Notes: generated by a model not told the origin, from the sequence alone. DNA of 64,000 bases from Caecitellus pseudoparvulus (GCA_965644315.1 CBFFRQ010000041.1:178506-242505); one strand, 5' to 3'; shown: positions 22,359 through 34,317, counted from the stretch's first letter. Numbers and translations are program-made.

Positions 22359-25300
22359 TCAAGCCTGTGGCGGAGGGGGAGGGGGAACAGGGCCCCGCTG
22401 GTGGAAGCGGGGGGCATTCAATTTGGAATCTGGGACTGGCAATTTCGCCCCAGATCTCTCTGCGCCCACTGGGATACGCGTGAATGGGATCTTCTCGGAA
22501 GACTTGGCGTCGGTGGGGGGAGGAGGGGGGGGCACGGGCGCCATGCGCGGCGCAGGGTGGCCCCTGGAGAACAGCGGATTCGTATGCTCCGGCATGCTGA
22601 CCATACTTGCCCCTGGACTGCTCACAGCAAGAGCGTCTGCGACGCTGAGCTCAGCATCAGCTGTCGAAGGGCTGCGCTGCCGCTTCTTTCGCTGGCGCTC
22701 TGCGAGGGCATCGCGGGATGCTGGGCGCTCTTGTTCCAGGTGTCCAGACCGCCGCCTCCACAACACGAACAAGGCGACCCCGATGAGCACTAGCCCAGCT
22801 GCAGAGATGCCCCCAATCAGCCCAGTGTCCACTTGTCTACTCGCTGCATCCTGCTGTGGCTGGGCGACAGCAGGTGCTGCTGATGAAGACGCCGGAGACG
22901 GGGGCGATGGTGCAGCTGCCGCCGTCGAGGCGGATGGCGTTGCAGCGGGGGAAGTGAGCGCCGGCGTCGCCTGTGGAGAGGGCTTTGTTGGAGGCTCCAT
23001 GGACATAGACACGCCTTGGTGGGCTGGTGTTCCCTGCCAGGCCGGGTTAGTGCTTTCGGAACGATCAGCTGTGAGCACCGCTGCTGTTGCTGCCATCTCC
23101 AGCGTCCCAGCTTCAGTCTCGGCCTGCAGCAAGTCAGTCATCGCATTGACTTCCGCTTGCGCATGACCAAGTATCTCTACCGCGAGGGAGGTGGCGACTC
23201 CACCTTGCAAACGCCTCGCTGACCCCGCCATCACTTCCCGAACATGGACTTGATCCTCGCTGCAGCCCACTGCATCGGCGATGTCTTTCTGCACTGCGGC
23301 AAAAAGGGAAGCCTTCAACGAAGGCCTGGACATGAGAGTTACACTTGACACAGCCTGCAAGGTGACTCTCAGTGTTGTGGAATGCGCCCAGCAGTTCATA
23401 AGGCTGGAGGCGCTGCATACCGCCGAGGCAACACCTTCTTCGCGATTGCCCAAGTCCGTCACATGGCTTGTGGAGGCTGCATAGGCAAGAATGTGTCTGA
23501 ACTCGTAGAAGTCCTCAAAGGCAGAGAAATCTTCGTCAATGATGCGGCGCGCAATTCTGTCCCCTGCAACGAGTGTGGGCGTCATGCGAGACCCCACGCT
23601 GGCGAGTCGGTTGGCTGCAGACACCCGGACGGCATCCGCCGCCCTCACCACCTTCGCCGCACAGCACCCAGATCCAGAGCAAGTTGGGAACGCCGTGATA
23701 AGCCCCAGAACGGAAGTATACGCCGTGTTTGGACCAGCTGCATCGCCGCAGAGACCGGAGCCGACTGCGCTGCAGACCGTGGGCAGCAGCGCAGACCTCG
23801 CAGTGTCGGCCATCGCCAGGGCCTCAGAAACGCGCTCCAACTGAACGATGTACGATCTGTACGAGTTAATGGCAAACGATACCTTTGGTGCCATATCGGT
23901 AAAGGCCCCTGGCAGCGACCGCGTCGCTGTCGCGTTGCCCCACGCTGCCAGCTGGGCCTGCACGGACAGCCCCGACCGCGCCTGCACAGCCCTGAGCAAG
24001 TGCGCCACACTCAGCATGTCCACGATGCCTGACAGCGATGCAAGCGTAGGGGACAGACTTGCTGTGAGCATTTCTTCCAACACAGCTCGTTCTGCAGAGA
24101 AGAAGGCGCCCGTTGCTCTGCGTGTGCACGGCGATGAGCAGAGGGCACTTGCAGACCGGACCTTGATGCTGCCCAGCAGGGCAGTCGAGGCCTGGACACC
24201 AAAGGCGGTTGAGAAGTCTGTGGGGGTCATGAGTGCCTCCATGAGGCATGGTGGCTGTTCCTCTGCCTGTTTGGTGCACACAGCCTCCACGGCCTTTGAA
24301 GCTGCTTGCGCGACGTGACTCCCACGCCCAAAACCAAGTGCATACGAATCCAAAACCGCACCTTGGCAAGCAGAGGAGCACATGACTGGGAAGTCCTCTT
24401 CTTGTGCAAGATCTTCGAGCAGCGCCTTGGGTGAGGTGTCCACGCGCATGGACTGCCGCAGCATGCTGGATGCCCGCACGACCTCCACAGCCCGCGGGAC
24501 GAGCTTCAACCCGCTAACACAGCTCGAAGGGAAGGTACCTTGGCAAGTACCAAGCAGCGCAAGGATGTCCGGCGCATGGCTGCGGCACACATAGTTGTTC
24601 ATGATGCCGTCCAGTTCCTCCGAGAGCGTCTGCTGCACGGTTACCCAGCAGGCTGTGTCCGCGCACAACCGAGACTGCAGGAGCTCCCACTCCCATACAT
24701 GGTTCGTGTTCACACAGCTGGGGTCGACCCTCACAACCTCTCTTACAGCAGCTTCTACGTCAGTGTCCGAACAAGCAACGGAGGAGTAGGCTTGGGAGCT
24801 GCGCGGGCGCTGGTCGAATGCCCACTGCGTCCACCCTGCACAGGTCTGGGTGATGCCCGCAGTCAGTGCCTGCGAGGCCGCGAGCGCGCAACCAACCAAG
24901 CCCTCGGACGCTGAATCCAGCAGAGACAATCTGCAGGAGGAGGTGCAAAAGCTAGACAGCTGCTCGCTTGAGATGGCGGTTCCTGTCGACACCGCTCGCC
25001 CGCCCTGCAGGCGTGCCAAGGCCGCTTCGAGCTCGGTCAGAGCGCCCCGCAAGCCTTGCACGTCAAAGAGGCGACCAAGCCACGCATGAGAGTCGCACGA
25101 CTCATGTGCAGATACGTTGGGGATAACGAAGCTGTCGCTTATCGAGCAAGTCGAAGAGGCTTCGTCTTGGAAAGCAGCACCAAGTAAGTCTGTGTTTACC
25201 TCAACTTCCAACCGAGGCATGTCGCCTGGGGTGGCCTCGGGGAGGTCGTCTTCGGCGCATGACATCGCATGAAGGAATGGAACTGCTGCAGATGCCCAAG

Positions 25301-27234
25301 CGCGGCAGGCCTGCTGCAGCGTCTGGTGTCGCGGCTTGCCTGGAATGACTCCCGCAAGAGCCTGTGCGTGGAAGTCCGGCTGCAACAGCTCCAGGGCTGC
25401 GACGGTCTGTGCGCCTGTGGAACAGACGCACTCGCTGATCAACTCTGGAGGAGAGACAGCACATTGAGATGCTAAGGATTCAGCGACACTGCCAAAAGCG
25501 CTGCGGGTGGCGGCCAGCGTGTCGACAAGCAAGTCAGCCTCATTGCACCGACGCCACATGCCACTGGCCGCTTCAGCTTGCGCAAGGTACTGCGGATCAA
25601 CTTCGTGTTGGGTGAACCAGTCTCGCAGTGACCCTATGCGGGGGTTGTGAGGCGTGACTTCGGAGGCAGTCGCACTGGGGCTAGCGCTGGGGCTAGCCGA
25701 AGGACTCAGCACGCTACTCGATGTGGGAGAACCTGTGGCTGATGGGCTCGGAGAAGAGGTGGTGGAGGGGTCAGGCGTGGGAACTGCAGATGCCAAGAGG
25801 GTGCCTTCAGGTGATGGGCTACTAGAAGGGCTCGCCGTGGGTACGGTTGCCTCTGCAGATACAAATGGGGATGCTGTTCTCCGAAGTGGCGCTGAGGCAG
25901 AGGCAGTGGGTGTCATGGACGCAGTGGAGCTGGTGCTCGGCGAAGTTGAAGAGGATGGAGTGAGCGTCGGCGAAACGGAAGCAGACCTTGATGCAGATGT
26001 GGAAGCAGTTGCAGAGGTGGAGACGGAGGAAGTTGCTGTGGCGGAAGGTGACGTGCTGCTTGTGGGCGTGTGGGATGGAGGTGGCGTCATGGAAGTTGTG
26101 GCAGTTGAGCTTGGTGACCCGGTCGCAGTGCTGGACGCTGACGGGGACGTTGATGGGGACACTGAAGCAGAGGGGGTAACGCTTGGAGTGCCGGATGGTG
26201 TTGGAGTGGGAGACGGTGGGCTGAGGCAAGGTGGTGACCAGGACGCTGGTGACCAGACACTCTGGCCGCTCGCCACACATGCGCCCTCCCAGAACTGAAC
26301 AAACTCAGACACTCCTGCAGCTTGGCAATAGTCCAAGATGTCCATAGAAGAAGGAGGCGTGGGGGGCATCATCGGCCCCGATGGGGGCAAGTACCATCCA
26401 GCATCCGACAAGCTGGCTTTGACTGCCGCGAGGCAGTCACCACACATGGCGTGCTGCAGGCTGGGCTTGTCTAAAAAGGGTGCCGCAGCCGCTTCCACGC
26501 ATGAGCAAGCAGCATGGTCAGAAAAGAGTGCACCCAGCGCCTTCGTGGCCATCATGGACGCAATGATGAGTTCAAAGTCTGACCCAGTGGAGGGCGCCGG
26601 CTGGCAGAACAAGTTCGACCCCGGTGGACTGAGGCCCTCCGCCACCAGCCCCTCATGCAGTGTGTTGATGTTGCCCTCAATGGCGGATCCTACGCCCTCT
26701 CGGACCATCAAAGCACTTGCAGATGTGCTGTCGAACCAAGCCTTCATACTCACCGGCAGGCCGCCTCCACACGCGGTGCTCTCATTCTGCGCCTGCTGCA
26801 GCCACCCCATCTTGTAGCACTCGAACTCGTCTGCGCCGCGCAAACCCTCTGTCGAGGAAAAGCCCGACGTGCTAGAAATAGACGTGTCCAGGGATGCCAA
26901 GGAAGTGAGGATGCACGATGCGTCGGCGCCGGTGAGGGATCCTGATGCACAGGACACAGCTCCACACGAACTGGCGGCCGTGGCAAGCTGGGCCCGCATC
27001 GCTTCAGCCCCTGCCGCAGCTTGATCTGGCCAGGAAGATGCACATCTAGCGACTGTCCATGAGACTCCGTCACGAGGGCTGAGCAGCGGGATCTGCGAGG
27101 GCAGGGAGAGGGTGACAGCGGGCTGGGCCTTGCCGCGGAATTTGGTCCGCAGAAGCTGCGTTGCACCAGCGTACCTGGCTTGAGCCCCGCCCAAGGAGGC
27201 AAAGTGCAATGAGGAAGCACAGGTGGAGCTGCAT
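22359..27234 (-). CDS. large type-I cell-surface protein (signal peptide, Cys-rich domains, mucin-like S/T/P stalks, TM helix, Pro-rich tail)
   Basis: Exon 1 (27234-27175) encodes the signal peptide MQLHLCFLIALCLLGRGSSQ, which is missing from the ORF track. Intron 27174-27093 joins it in frame. The TM helix LIGGISAAGLVLIGVALFVLW is followed by RRR. Confidence 0.8.
25650..26230 (-). repeat. mucin-like Ser/Thr/Pro low-complexity coding repeat
   Basis: Degenerate (S/T)PS(A/S)(S/T) iterations in the translation. Confidence 0.7.
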
Positions 27235-27404
27235 GCTCTTTCCCAATTTCGGGAGGAGGTTCTGAGTGCCACCCGCTCACCTGCTTGCGGGCGAGAACCA
27301 GCTGGTGTGACTCAAACCGAGCCTGCTCAACTGTCGCGGTGGCAAACCGTTGATGGCAAGCCTAGCATGAAAAAGGGCGCCTTGGCTTGAACTGGCACCT
27401 GTGG

Positions 27405-29210
27405 TCATGAAGTTTGCATTAGTTGCACACTGCAAATGTCGCCCGTTGCAGCCAGCAGGAGGGCCCGGCCCCTCGCTGCTGGCGTGGCAGTGCACTGCGC
27501 CCAGCACAGGGAGTGTGCCGGGTCCAAGTCGAAGCAGCCCTTGCCACACTCCGAGGTTGGCAGCAGCCGAATGCGCCATCCAGATCTCTGTCGAATTGAT
27601 GGACCAAGAAAGGCCGCCCCGTCAAGGCACCCCCATGCAGCAACTTGCACTGGCGCGCTGCTGCCGGTCGTTTGGATCAAGGGCAGCATGGCAGAGAAGA
27701 CAGCCACCGTGTCGCTCTCCACCGCAGTCTTCTGGCCGATTTCAAGGGCTTGCCTTTCAGACTTGAAGCTCAAGCCAGCGCAGAAGATGGAAGGGGACGC
27801 CGCCTGCGTGGCGCCCAGCAGGGTTCCGACCCCAAGGCACATGTGTGTCAGGACGGGCCATGCGGCGGTATCTGTGCTGGAGCGACCCAGAACGTGGCGC
27901 CACGATGTATCTGCAACGTGTGCAAACCAAACATGGCTGCCCTGTGCGACAGCCAGCAGTCCGTCATGGCACGGGTCCCAAGCGACTGACTCTGGCGGGC
28001 CTGAAAAAGCAAGAGCAGCTGACGAGCCGGCCATCGTAGCACAGAGCACCTGGCGTGGATCTGTGGGCGTCTGCAGGTCCAGTGCAAACACTGTCCCGTG
28101 CGACGTGAGCAATGCTATGTGGCTGGAACAGTGCGGGCTCCATGCAGCGTGCACGACGTCCCCTGGAAGTTCGGCATCAACTTCCATGATGGTCAGGCTG
28201 CCGGCTGCCGAGTCTTGACAAAGGCGCAGAAGGTGTGCACCACAGTCCTCATCCAACGACAGCAGCAACGTACACGTTAAGCCATCATGAGGGAAGGTGA
28301 ACGGGCTGGCAACGAGCGAAACTGGTTTGTGGGTGAGGGCGAACGCTGTGCTGCTCTGCATCTGCACGTTGCCTTCGGGGCACACCGACAGACTGCATAC
28401 GGACAGCGTGCAAACCTCAGAATCCACCCCATCAGTGGCAGTGACTACAGTCACGTTCATGCAACTGGCTGATTTCGCTCGGTGACTTGGCCCAAGGCAT
28501 GCAGAGCGAATGCTCGTCCGCTGAGAAGAAGAATTGCCGGGTGCGACGAGGTCAACGCAAGGAAGGAGCTGGACAGGGAGGGACGGTGCGCGCCGGGAGG
28601 GCGGAGCCGCAGGGGGGCCCACACTTGGCCCAGCCGTCGATGGGTGGCTGGGCCGTTCCAGCAGGGACGCATCACCCACGCTCGCAATGCGAGCTCCCAT
28701 GTCAGAAGCGTGCAGCTCCGTGCCTCTCCAGCTGGCCACAGTCGAGCTCGCCTCCGGGGACGCCTCTGCACCCGCTGCGTTCAGGAGGGATGCCGCACAC
28801 GCACTCTCCAACACCCCAGCTTGTAGCCTCGCTGCCTTGCTCTTTGGCAGGGCTGGCTCCAGCTGGACGCCAAGCACCCGTGCCACAACCTCCCGGTCGC
28901 GAGGGCGCACTGGCAAGGTTGGGTGAAAGTGCCGGAACACTGGGCAGGCTTTACCGAAGTTCATGAAGTGTGGCCGCAGCTCTTGGTGGTACACGAACTC
29001 CCGTTCGCAAAGGGGGCACTTGACACGAGGCGTGCTTTTCGTGGCTTTGCCCTTCTGTGGCAGTGAGCCGGCATACGGGGGCGCCTCCACCTCCTCCTGT
29101 GTGTGCCTGCCGTGATGCACGGCAATCGCATTGAAAATGGCGCGGTTGTGAGCAAAGGGGCCCTTTGGTTCTTGTTCATGGAGTGGTGTTGAGGACTCCT
29201 CAGCCGCCAT
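27405..29210 (-). CDS. hypothetical protein with an N-terminal Zn-finger-like motif and a degenerate WD40-like region
   Basis: CPLC..F......HF....CP motif, plus VVHAAWSPH and ESVAWDP. Start taken at MAAEESS. Confidence 0.55.
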   Translation of the reverse strand: MAAEESSTPLHEQEPKGPFAHNRAIFNAIAVHHGRHTQEEVEAPPYAGSLPQKGKATKSTPRVKCPLCEREFVYHQELRPHFMNFGKACPVFRHFHPTLPVRPRDREVVARVLGVQLEPALPKSKAARLQAGVLESACAASLLNAAGAEASPEASSTVASWRGTELHASDMGARIASVGDASLLERPSHPSTAGPSVGPPAAPPSRRAPSLPVQLLPCVDLVAPGNSSSQRTSIRSACLGPSHRAKSASCMNVTVVTATDGVDSEVCTLSVCSLSVCPEGNVQMQSSTAFALTHKPVSLVASPFTFPHDGLTCTLLLSLDEDCGAHLLRLCQDSAAGSLTIMEVDAELPGDVVHAAWSPHCSSHIALLTSHGTVFALDLQTPTDPRQVLCATMAGSSAALAFSGPPESVAWDPCHDGLLAVAQGSHVWFAHVADTSWRHVLGRSSTDTAAWPVLTHMCLGVGTLLGATQAASPSIFCAGLSFKSERQALEIGQKTAVESDTVAVFSAMLPLIQTTGSSAPVQVAAWGCLDGAAFLGPSIRQRSGWRIRLLPTSECGKGCFDLDPAHSLCWAQCTATPAARGRALLLAATGDICSVQLMQTS

Positions 29211-29694
29211 TGCGTGTGGCCCGAGCAGGCAAACCGACCGGCAAGGTGGGCAAGGCAAGCGATTTCCGCAGGCACGTAAAAGACCGCAGACCGCTCGCTG
29301 ACAGAGGCGCGAGGCAAGACTCCAGGGCCCCGATGCCTTCAACTGTAAATATCGTGGATGCCACAGTGCGTGCCACTCGACCTTGCGTCACCGGGCAGAC
29401 GAAGGTTCTCTGGCGATGTGCCTCGTGCTCGAGGCCTCAGGCAAGCTTGCAGGGACAGTGCAGCTTCTCGGAACAAACAAACCAATGTTCATGTATCAAG
29501 CAAATGGCTGCTTGCCTTGTAGGTGGCTCAACACGTCTTGGGGAGTTTCATTGTGACATCCCGCAACGGCAGCACAAGTCAACTTCCGCAGGCTTCAGCC
29601 GGCAACGGACAATTCCTAGCCTGCTCGTGCAAGACCGGACTGCCCAGCAGCTGCATCCGGTAGCTGACGTGCAGCAGAGTGTTTGTCTGCTACT

Positions 29695-32600
29695 ATGCCT
29701 GAGAGTGATTCACCCGCTGCCTCCCCCGAGGGGCCTGAAGGCCAGGACGTTGCAGGCCAGCCGAAAGATGCTGAGGAGGAGGCCAAGTTGTCTGAGTTTG
29801 TCGCAGACCGGGCATCCATCGCAAGGGACCCAAGTCAACCTGGATGCTGCAGTGGGAATGGCACGAATCCTTCATGTGGCACCTCATGTGCGGGCTGCTG
29901 TGGTGTTGTCTTGAATCCGTTGTGTGGCTTGTGTGGAGGTGGCGTTACGCCGCTGGCGCTGGGCGTGGATGAGCACTTGCATGCAGCTGCCAAGTCCACG
30001 GCCCCCGGCTCACGAGCGGCGGCCTCCAGCATCGCTTCCAAGTGGGCAACATCCCACGAACGCGTCACACACGCTGCTGCAGGTGCCGCGCTGGCCGTGC
30101 ACATCGTCGGGCTCACCTCCACGCTGGCTGACCCATACGTGCAGCACCCGCTCATCCGCATGACTGTCATCGACGAGTGCACTGGTCACGTGCTTCGAAG
30201 ACCCCTGTGGCTGCCTCAGCAACCTCAGCAAGGACTGAGTCCCCACGTCCCTGTGGCAGCGGCTGGAACAGCGTCGCACGGTGCCCTGGGAGGCACACAA
30301 GCCCTGCCCCGCGTGCCTCCCCGTGGCCTGTGCGGTGGCCACCAGGACCCAAACGCCTTTGCACCCAACGCACACTCAGCGCGGGCCTGTGTTGCGTATG
30401 ACTACACTCCCCCTCAAAGCACTGCACCCACTGCCATCTCAGTGACCACACCAGCACCGGAGCATGGCAGTCAGGATGCCAAACCCACCGCCACGGAGGT
30501 GCCTGCAGTCTGGGATGAAACGCTGGTACTACCAGATGACGCCAGGGTGTACCTGCGTGCTGGGGTCGTACTTCTCTTTGAGGTGTTTGAGTGGGGACTG
30601 CGCTTGCCTCGGCGCCTGCTGCAGCAGGCCAAGGCAGGCAGCGGGGTGTACGCGGTTGGGTGGGGGTACCTGCGTCCAGTGGCACCAGATGGCACGTGTC
30701 ATGCCCACATGGCACCCCTCCTGAAGATCAGCCCGCCAGGCACCACTGCCTCGGGGGCCGCACACACCACTCGGCGCCGGTCCGCGGCCACAGGCAGTGC
30801 TGGCATCCACCAGCGCTCCCAGCTGAACCCGACAATGGAGCTGCTGTCACAGTCAAACGGCATTCCCCAGCTGCTGACTGCCGAGGAAGCAGCTAGCATG
30901 GGGGGCATTCCGCCGGGTGACCAGGGTTCCGACGCCATCCCAGTGCTACCTCATTTCGGCCTGGGACTGGCGTACGCCCGCGCTGTGGCGGAGGTGGCCA
31001 AGGACCAGCCCCTGCCGCACCAAGCAGAAGAAGGGCAAACAGAGGCCGAGGCACTGCCAGAGCCTGGCACGAACGCGCGCCACCTGACCCCTGCACAGCG
31101 CGGGAAGGCGGGGCACTGGGAAGGGGTGTACGAGGTGGCTCGGCCTCCCCTGCTTCGCGTGCGCATGCACCGGTGGCTGACCCCCACCTGGCAGGAGCGC
31201 CAGGCAGCCCTTGCCAACACCCGCTCGACTGTCTTTGAGCACGTACGCAGCCAGGATTACACGGGCGGGCGGGAACGGGCAGTGGCCAGCACGGTCGGCC
31301 CCAAGCCAGGCTTGCTGGGTATGCAGTGCCCCCCTGTCGTCGTGCAGTACCGCATGCGGCGCAGGGTGGAAGCAGGGTACAACCTGGGCATTCAGCTGGC
31401 GGCTGTACAGCCTTGGTGGTTGGAGCCTGCAGAGGAACAGGAGAGCAAGCAGCCTGCTGCAGGGCAAGGTCAGGGGGCGGCAGATGCGGCCATCCTGGCA
31501 CACTCAGCTGCGGGGGTGGTGGACGACTGGGCGGCGGCCGGGGTGGCTGCTCGCATGGAGGAGGAGGCGTGGAGCGACCTGCGTTTCAACCTGCGACACC
31601 TGGATGCGGAGGCCGCCAGCCGGCTCGTGGACGGCGGGGCAGCAGGGGGTAGAGCGGGCGGTGGAGGACAAGCTGGCGATATCACGGACGCAGGTGGCGC
31701 CGCGGGTGAGCGCGAAGCGATGAATGCCCTTGTTCTGCGGCAGCGCCGGGCACGGGACCCGTGCCTGCCACCTGTCCGGCACTTCCGGGCCCTGCCAGCT
31801 GGGTCGCTGGGGTGCATGGCAGTGGCTTTCTCGCCCTCGGGGGAGTATGTGGCTGTGGGGGCCAGCGACCGCTCTGGGAACTACCCCATCTTCTTGTACG
31901 AGCCAGGCTCTGGCCGGCGCGTGAGTGTTCTGACGGGGCACACGGGCCTGGTGTACCACCTGCAGTGGCGTGGGGATGGGGCCATGCTGGCCAGTGCCTC
32001 CGCTGATGGCAGCGCCATGGTGTGGAACATCCTCGGCTCCAGCCACAGCGAGGGAGAGGAGTCCGATGAGCCCGATGAGTCCAAGCCTGCTGCTCCACAA
32101 GCAGGGCGGGCACGTGGGAGGCGAGCAGGGCAACGAGGAGCCCACGCCCGCCACGCCGCCCCGACGCCGTCGGTGGCCAACCGCGAGCTGAGGAAGGGAC
32201 CCCTGGAGCCGCACTTGGTGGCATGCCTGCTGCACCGCCCGCCTGTCTTCGTGTACGGGGTGGCTTGGCACCCCCACGACGACTCGGTGCTGGTGACGTC
32301 TGCCTTCGACGGCAAAGTGCGCCTGTGGACGTTCAGCCATGGGGACGCCCCCGAACACAGCGACAGGCAAGGGCGAGGGGAGGCAGCCGATGAAGACACT
32401 GACGACGACGTGCAGGTGGCAGAGCGTGGCAGCAGCTCGTTGAAGGTCCAGCAGGCCCGCCAGCGGGGGGTGTTCTTGGGGGCGCTCGGCACGGACTGGA
32501 GCCCCGGCGGGAGGACCCCAGCGCCGCCCAGACAAGGGAGCGGCGCTGATGTCCCCCTGTCCCCCATGCAGCGACAGCTGAAGGGGCGAGGGCCCCAAGG

Positions 32601-33204
32601 CCCACATGGCGCCCACGTCAATGCTGTCACCTTTGACACGCGGGGGAAGCGCATGTTCACGGCAGATGCTGCCGGGGTGGTCGTCGTGTGGGACGTGCCC
32701 AGCCAGCGCTGCGCAGACGTCTCCGCGTACAGTGTGCGGCGGAGGCAGACCCTGCCGGGCCTGGAGGGGCGCAGCATCGTCGCACTGGCCCCCCACCCCA
32801 CCCTGTCCCAGCTGGCCCTGCTCGCACACGGCAACGTGCTGCGCCTGGTGGACACCTCCTTCTCCACACTGCCCCTGGTCCGCACCTTCCCCGGAGTGCG
32901 CTGCTCATCATCCCACCTGGCTTTGGCCTTCTCACCAGACGGCGGGTTCCTGGCCGCGGGCAGTGAGGACGGTGAGGTGGGCGTGTGGGAAGTGGACAGT
33001 GGGCTGGTGGTGGAAGGTGCCGGGCAGGCGGGTGGCGCCCGGTCCCTGTACATCATGGGCTTTGGCCGGCAGCTGGACGTGGCGCTGAACGCGGTGGCGT
33101 GGCACCCCAACGAGCACATGGTCGCGCTGGGCGCGTTCGGAGGCGGGAACCCCGTCATGCTGTACGTGAACGACACGGGGGACGGGCGGCTGGCTGGGCT
33201 GTAG
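29695..33204 (+). CDS. AHI1: Jouberin/AHI1-like ciliary transition-zone WD40 protein
   Basis: C2-like block (HPLIRMTVIDECTGHV, WDETLV, VVLLFEVFE, VGWGYLR), then AHI1-type WD repeats (AGSLGCMAVAFS, GHTGLVYHLQW, FVYGVAWHP, VAWHPNEHMVA). Confidence 0.8.
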   Translation: MPESDSPAASPEGPEGQDVAGQPKDAEEEAKLSEFVADRASIARDPSQPGCCSGNGTNPSCGTSCAGCCGVVLNPLCGLCGGGVTPLALGVDEHLHAAAKSTAPGSRAAASSIASKWATSHERVTHAAAGAALAVHIVGLTSTLADPYVQHPLIRMTVIDECTGHVLRRPLWLPQQPQQGLSPHVPVAAAGTASHGALGGTQALPRVPPRGLCGGHQDPNAFAPNAHSARACVAYDYTPPQSTAPTAISVTTPAPEHGSQDAKPTATEVPAVWDETLVLPDDARVYLRAGVVLLFEVFEWGLRLPRRLLQQAKAGSGVYAVGWGYLRPVAPDGTCHAHMAPLLKISPPGTTASGAAHTTRRRSAATGSAGIHQRSQLNPTMELLSQSNGIPQLLTAEEAASMGGIPPGDQGSDAIPVLPHFGLGLAYARAVAEVAKDQPLPHQAEEGQTEAEALPEPGTNARHLTPAQRGKAGHWEGVYEVARPPLLRVRMHRWLTPTWQERQAALANTRSTVFEHVRSQDYTGGRERAVASTVGPKPGLLGMQCPPVVVQYRMRRRVEAGYNLGIQLAAVQPWWLEPAEEQESKQPAAGQGQGAADAAILAHSAAGVVDDWAAAGVAARMEEEAWSDLRFNLRHLDAEAASRLVDGGAAGGRAGGGGQAGDITDAGGAAGEREAMNALVLRQRRARDPCLPPVRHFRALPAGSLGCMAVAFSPSGEYVAVGASDRSGNYPIFLYEPGSGRRVSVLTGHTGLVYHLQWRGDGAMLASASADGSAMVWNILGSSHSEGEESDEPDESKPAAPQAGRARGRRAGQRGAHARHAAPTPSVANRELRKGPLEPHLVACLLHRPPVFVYGVAWHPHDDSVLVTSAFDGKVRLWTFSHGDAPEHSDRQGRGEAADEDTDDDVQVAERGSSSLKVQQARQRGVFLGALGTDWSPGGRTPAPPRQGSGADVPLSPMQRQLKGRGPQGPHGAHVNAVTFDTRGKRMFTADAAGVVVVWDVPSQRCADVSAYSVRRRQTLPGLEGRSIVALAPHPTLSQLALLAHGNVLRLVDTSFSTLPLVRTFPGVRCSSSHLALAFSPDGGFLAAGSEDGEVGVWEVDSGLVVEGAGQAGGARSLYIMGFGRQLDVALNAVAWHPNEHMVALGAFGGGNPVMLYVNDTGDGRLAGL

Positions 33205-33221
33205 CCGCGAGCCGGGCACTC

Positions 33222-33229
33222 AATGCATT
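33222..33229. terminator. palindromic AATGCATT, putative bidirectional poly(A) signal (AHI1/PACRG)
   Basis: It sits in the 27-nt gap between the two convergent stop codons. Confidence 0.65.
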
Positions 33230-33231
33230 CC

Positions 33232-34317
33232 TCATGCCATGCAGGACTCGTAGGTGGGCACCAGGTACACAATGTTGATGTAGGCGTCCTCCCCTCCAAA
33301 CCTCTCCAGGGTGTTCAGCGTCTGCTGCACCAGGTCGCCCAAGTTCCCGCCCTTGCGCTGGCCGTACTCGATCTCGTCGCCCAGGTTCTTGTTCTTGGAG
33401 TGGAAGAGGTTCAGGATGGGCAGCAGCTGGCGGTAGTACGGGACGAGGGCCTGCCCCACCAAGGGCCCCCGCTCCACCTCCACGTCGCAGGTGGCCAGGC
33501 TCTGGATGACACGGCATGTGAAGGCCACGACGTCGGTGTTGCGTGTGTTCAGGGCGTTCTTCAGGGGGATGATGAGCTGGGGCACGACGGGCAGGATCTT
33601 GTTCCCGCCGAATTCCAGCAGGTCCGAAATGCCCTCCCGCGCCAAGAACTTGTACGGGTGCTCCGTCTCCCGCAAGCCGTCGGCGAAGAGGGGCAGGTAG
33701 TGGTGGAAGTCCAGGCTTTCGATTTTGGACTTCCACGCCAGTTTGTTGTGCACGTTGCGCTGGTCGATGATGCAGGGCAGGTCTCCGCGTTCGTAAAACC
33801 GGCGCAGCTCCGTGTTGGGCGGGTTTTCACGGGCCTCAAAGGCGCCAGCTCGAGGCGGCTTGGGCTTTGCCTCAGCTTCCTGCGAATCGCGCACTGCTGC
33901 TGCCACGGCCTTGGTCACGTTGCCCCCAAAGCCTTGACCCGCGCGCAGGAAGCGGCGGGGGTCCTTGCGAGTGGTTACCCGCCCAGGGTTAAACGCTGCA
34001 GGCGAATGGAGGAGCGCAGCAGGAATCGTGAGGCGCAGGAGGAGCAAGTCGCAGTGCGACGAAAAGCAACTCACCATTGGGGTTGCCCTCACCCGCTGCA
34101 AGGGCCCTGGGGTGGCGCCCGGGAGGGTGCAGTGCAGATGGTAGGGCTTTCGTTCGGTCCAAGGGGCTGCAGGTCTCAGAGTGCTTGATTGCCGCTGCCG
34201 GGTGCAGGTCAGTGCGGGGCTTGCCGAAACGCCTGCACAGGAGCCGCGGCTGCGTGTGGGGGGGCAGACGCCGTTCGGAGTGGGGCAGGCAGGGCCTCAC
34301 TTGTCCTGGCCAGACAT
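33232..34317 (-). CDS. PACRG: Parkin co-regulated gene protein (axonemal inner junction)
   Basis: [51 protein letters not shown] and [16 protein letters not shown]. The 5' model (ATG 34317, introns 34300-34233 and 34074-33996) is less certain than the core. Confidence 0.92.
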
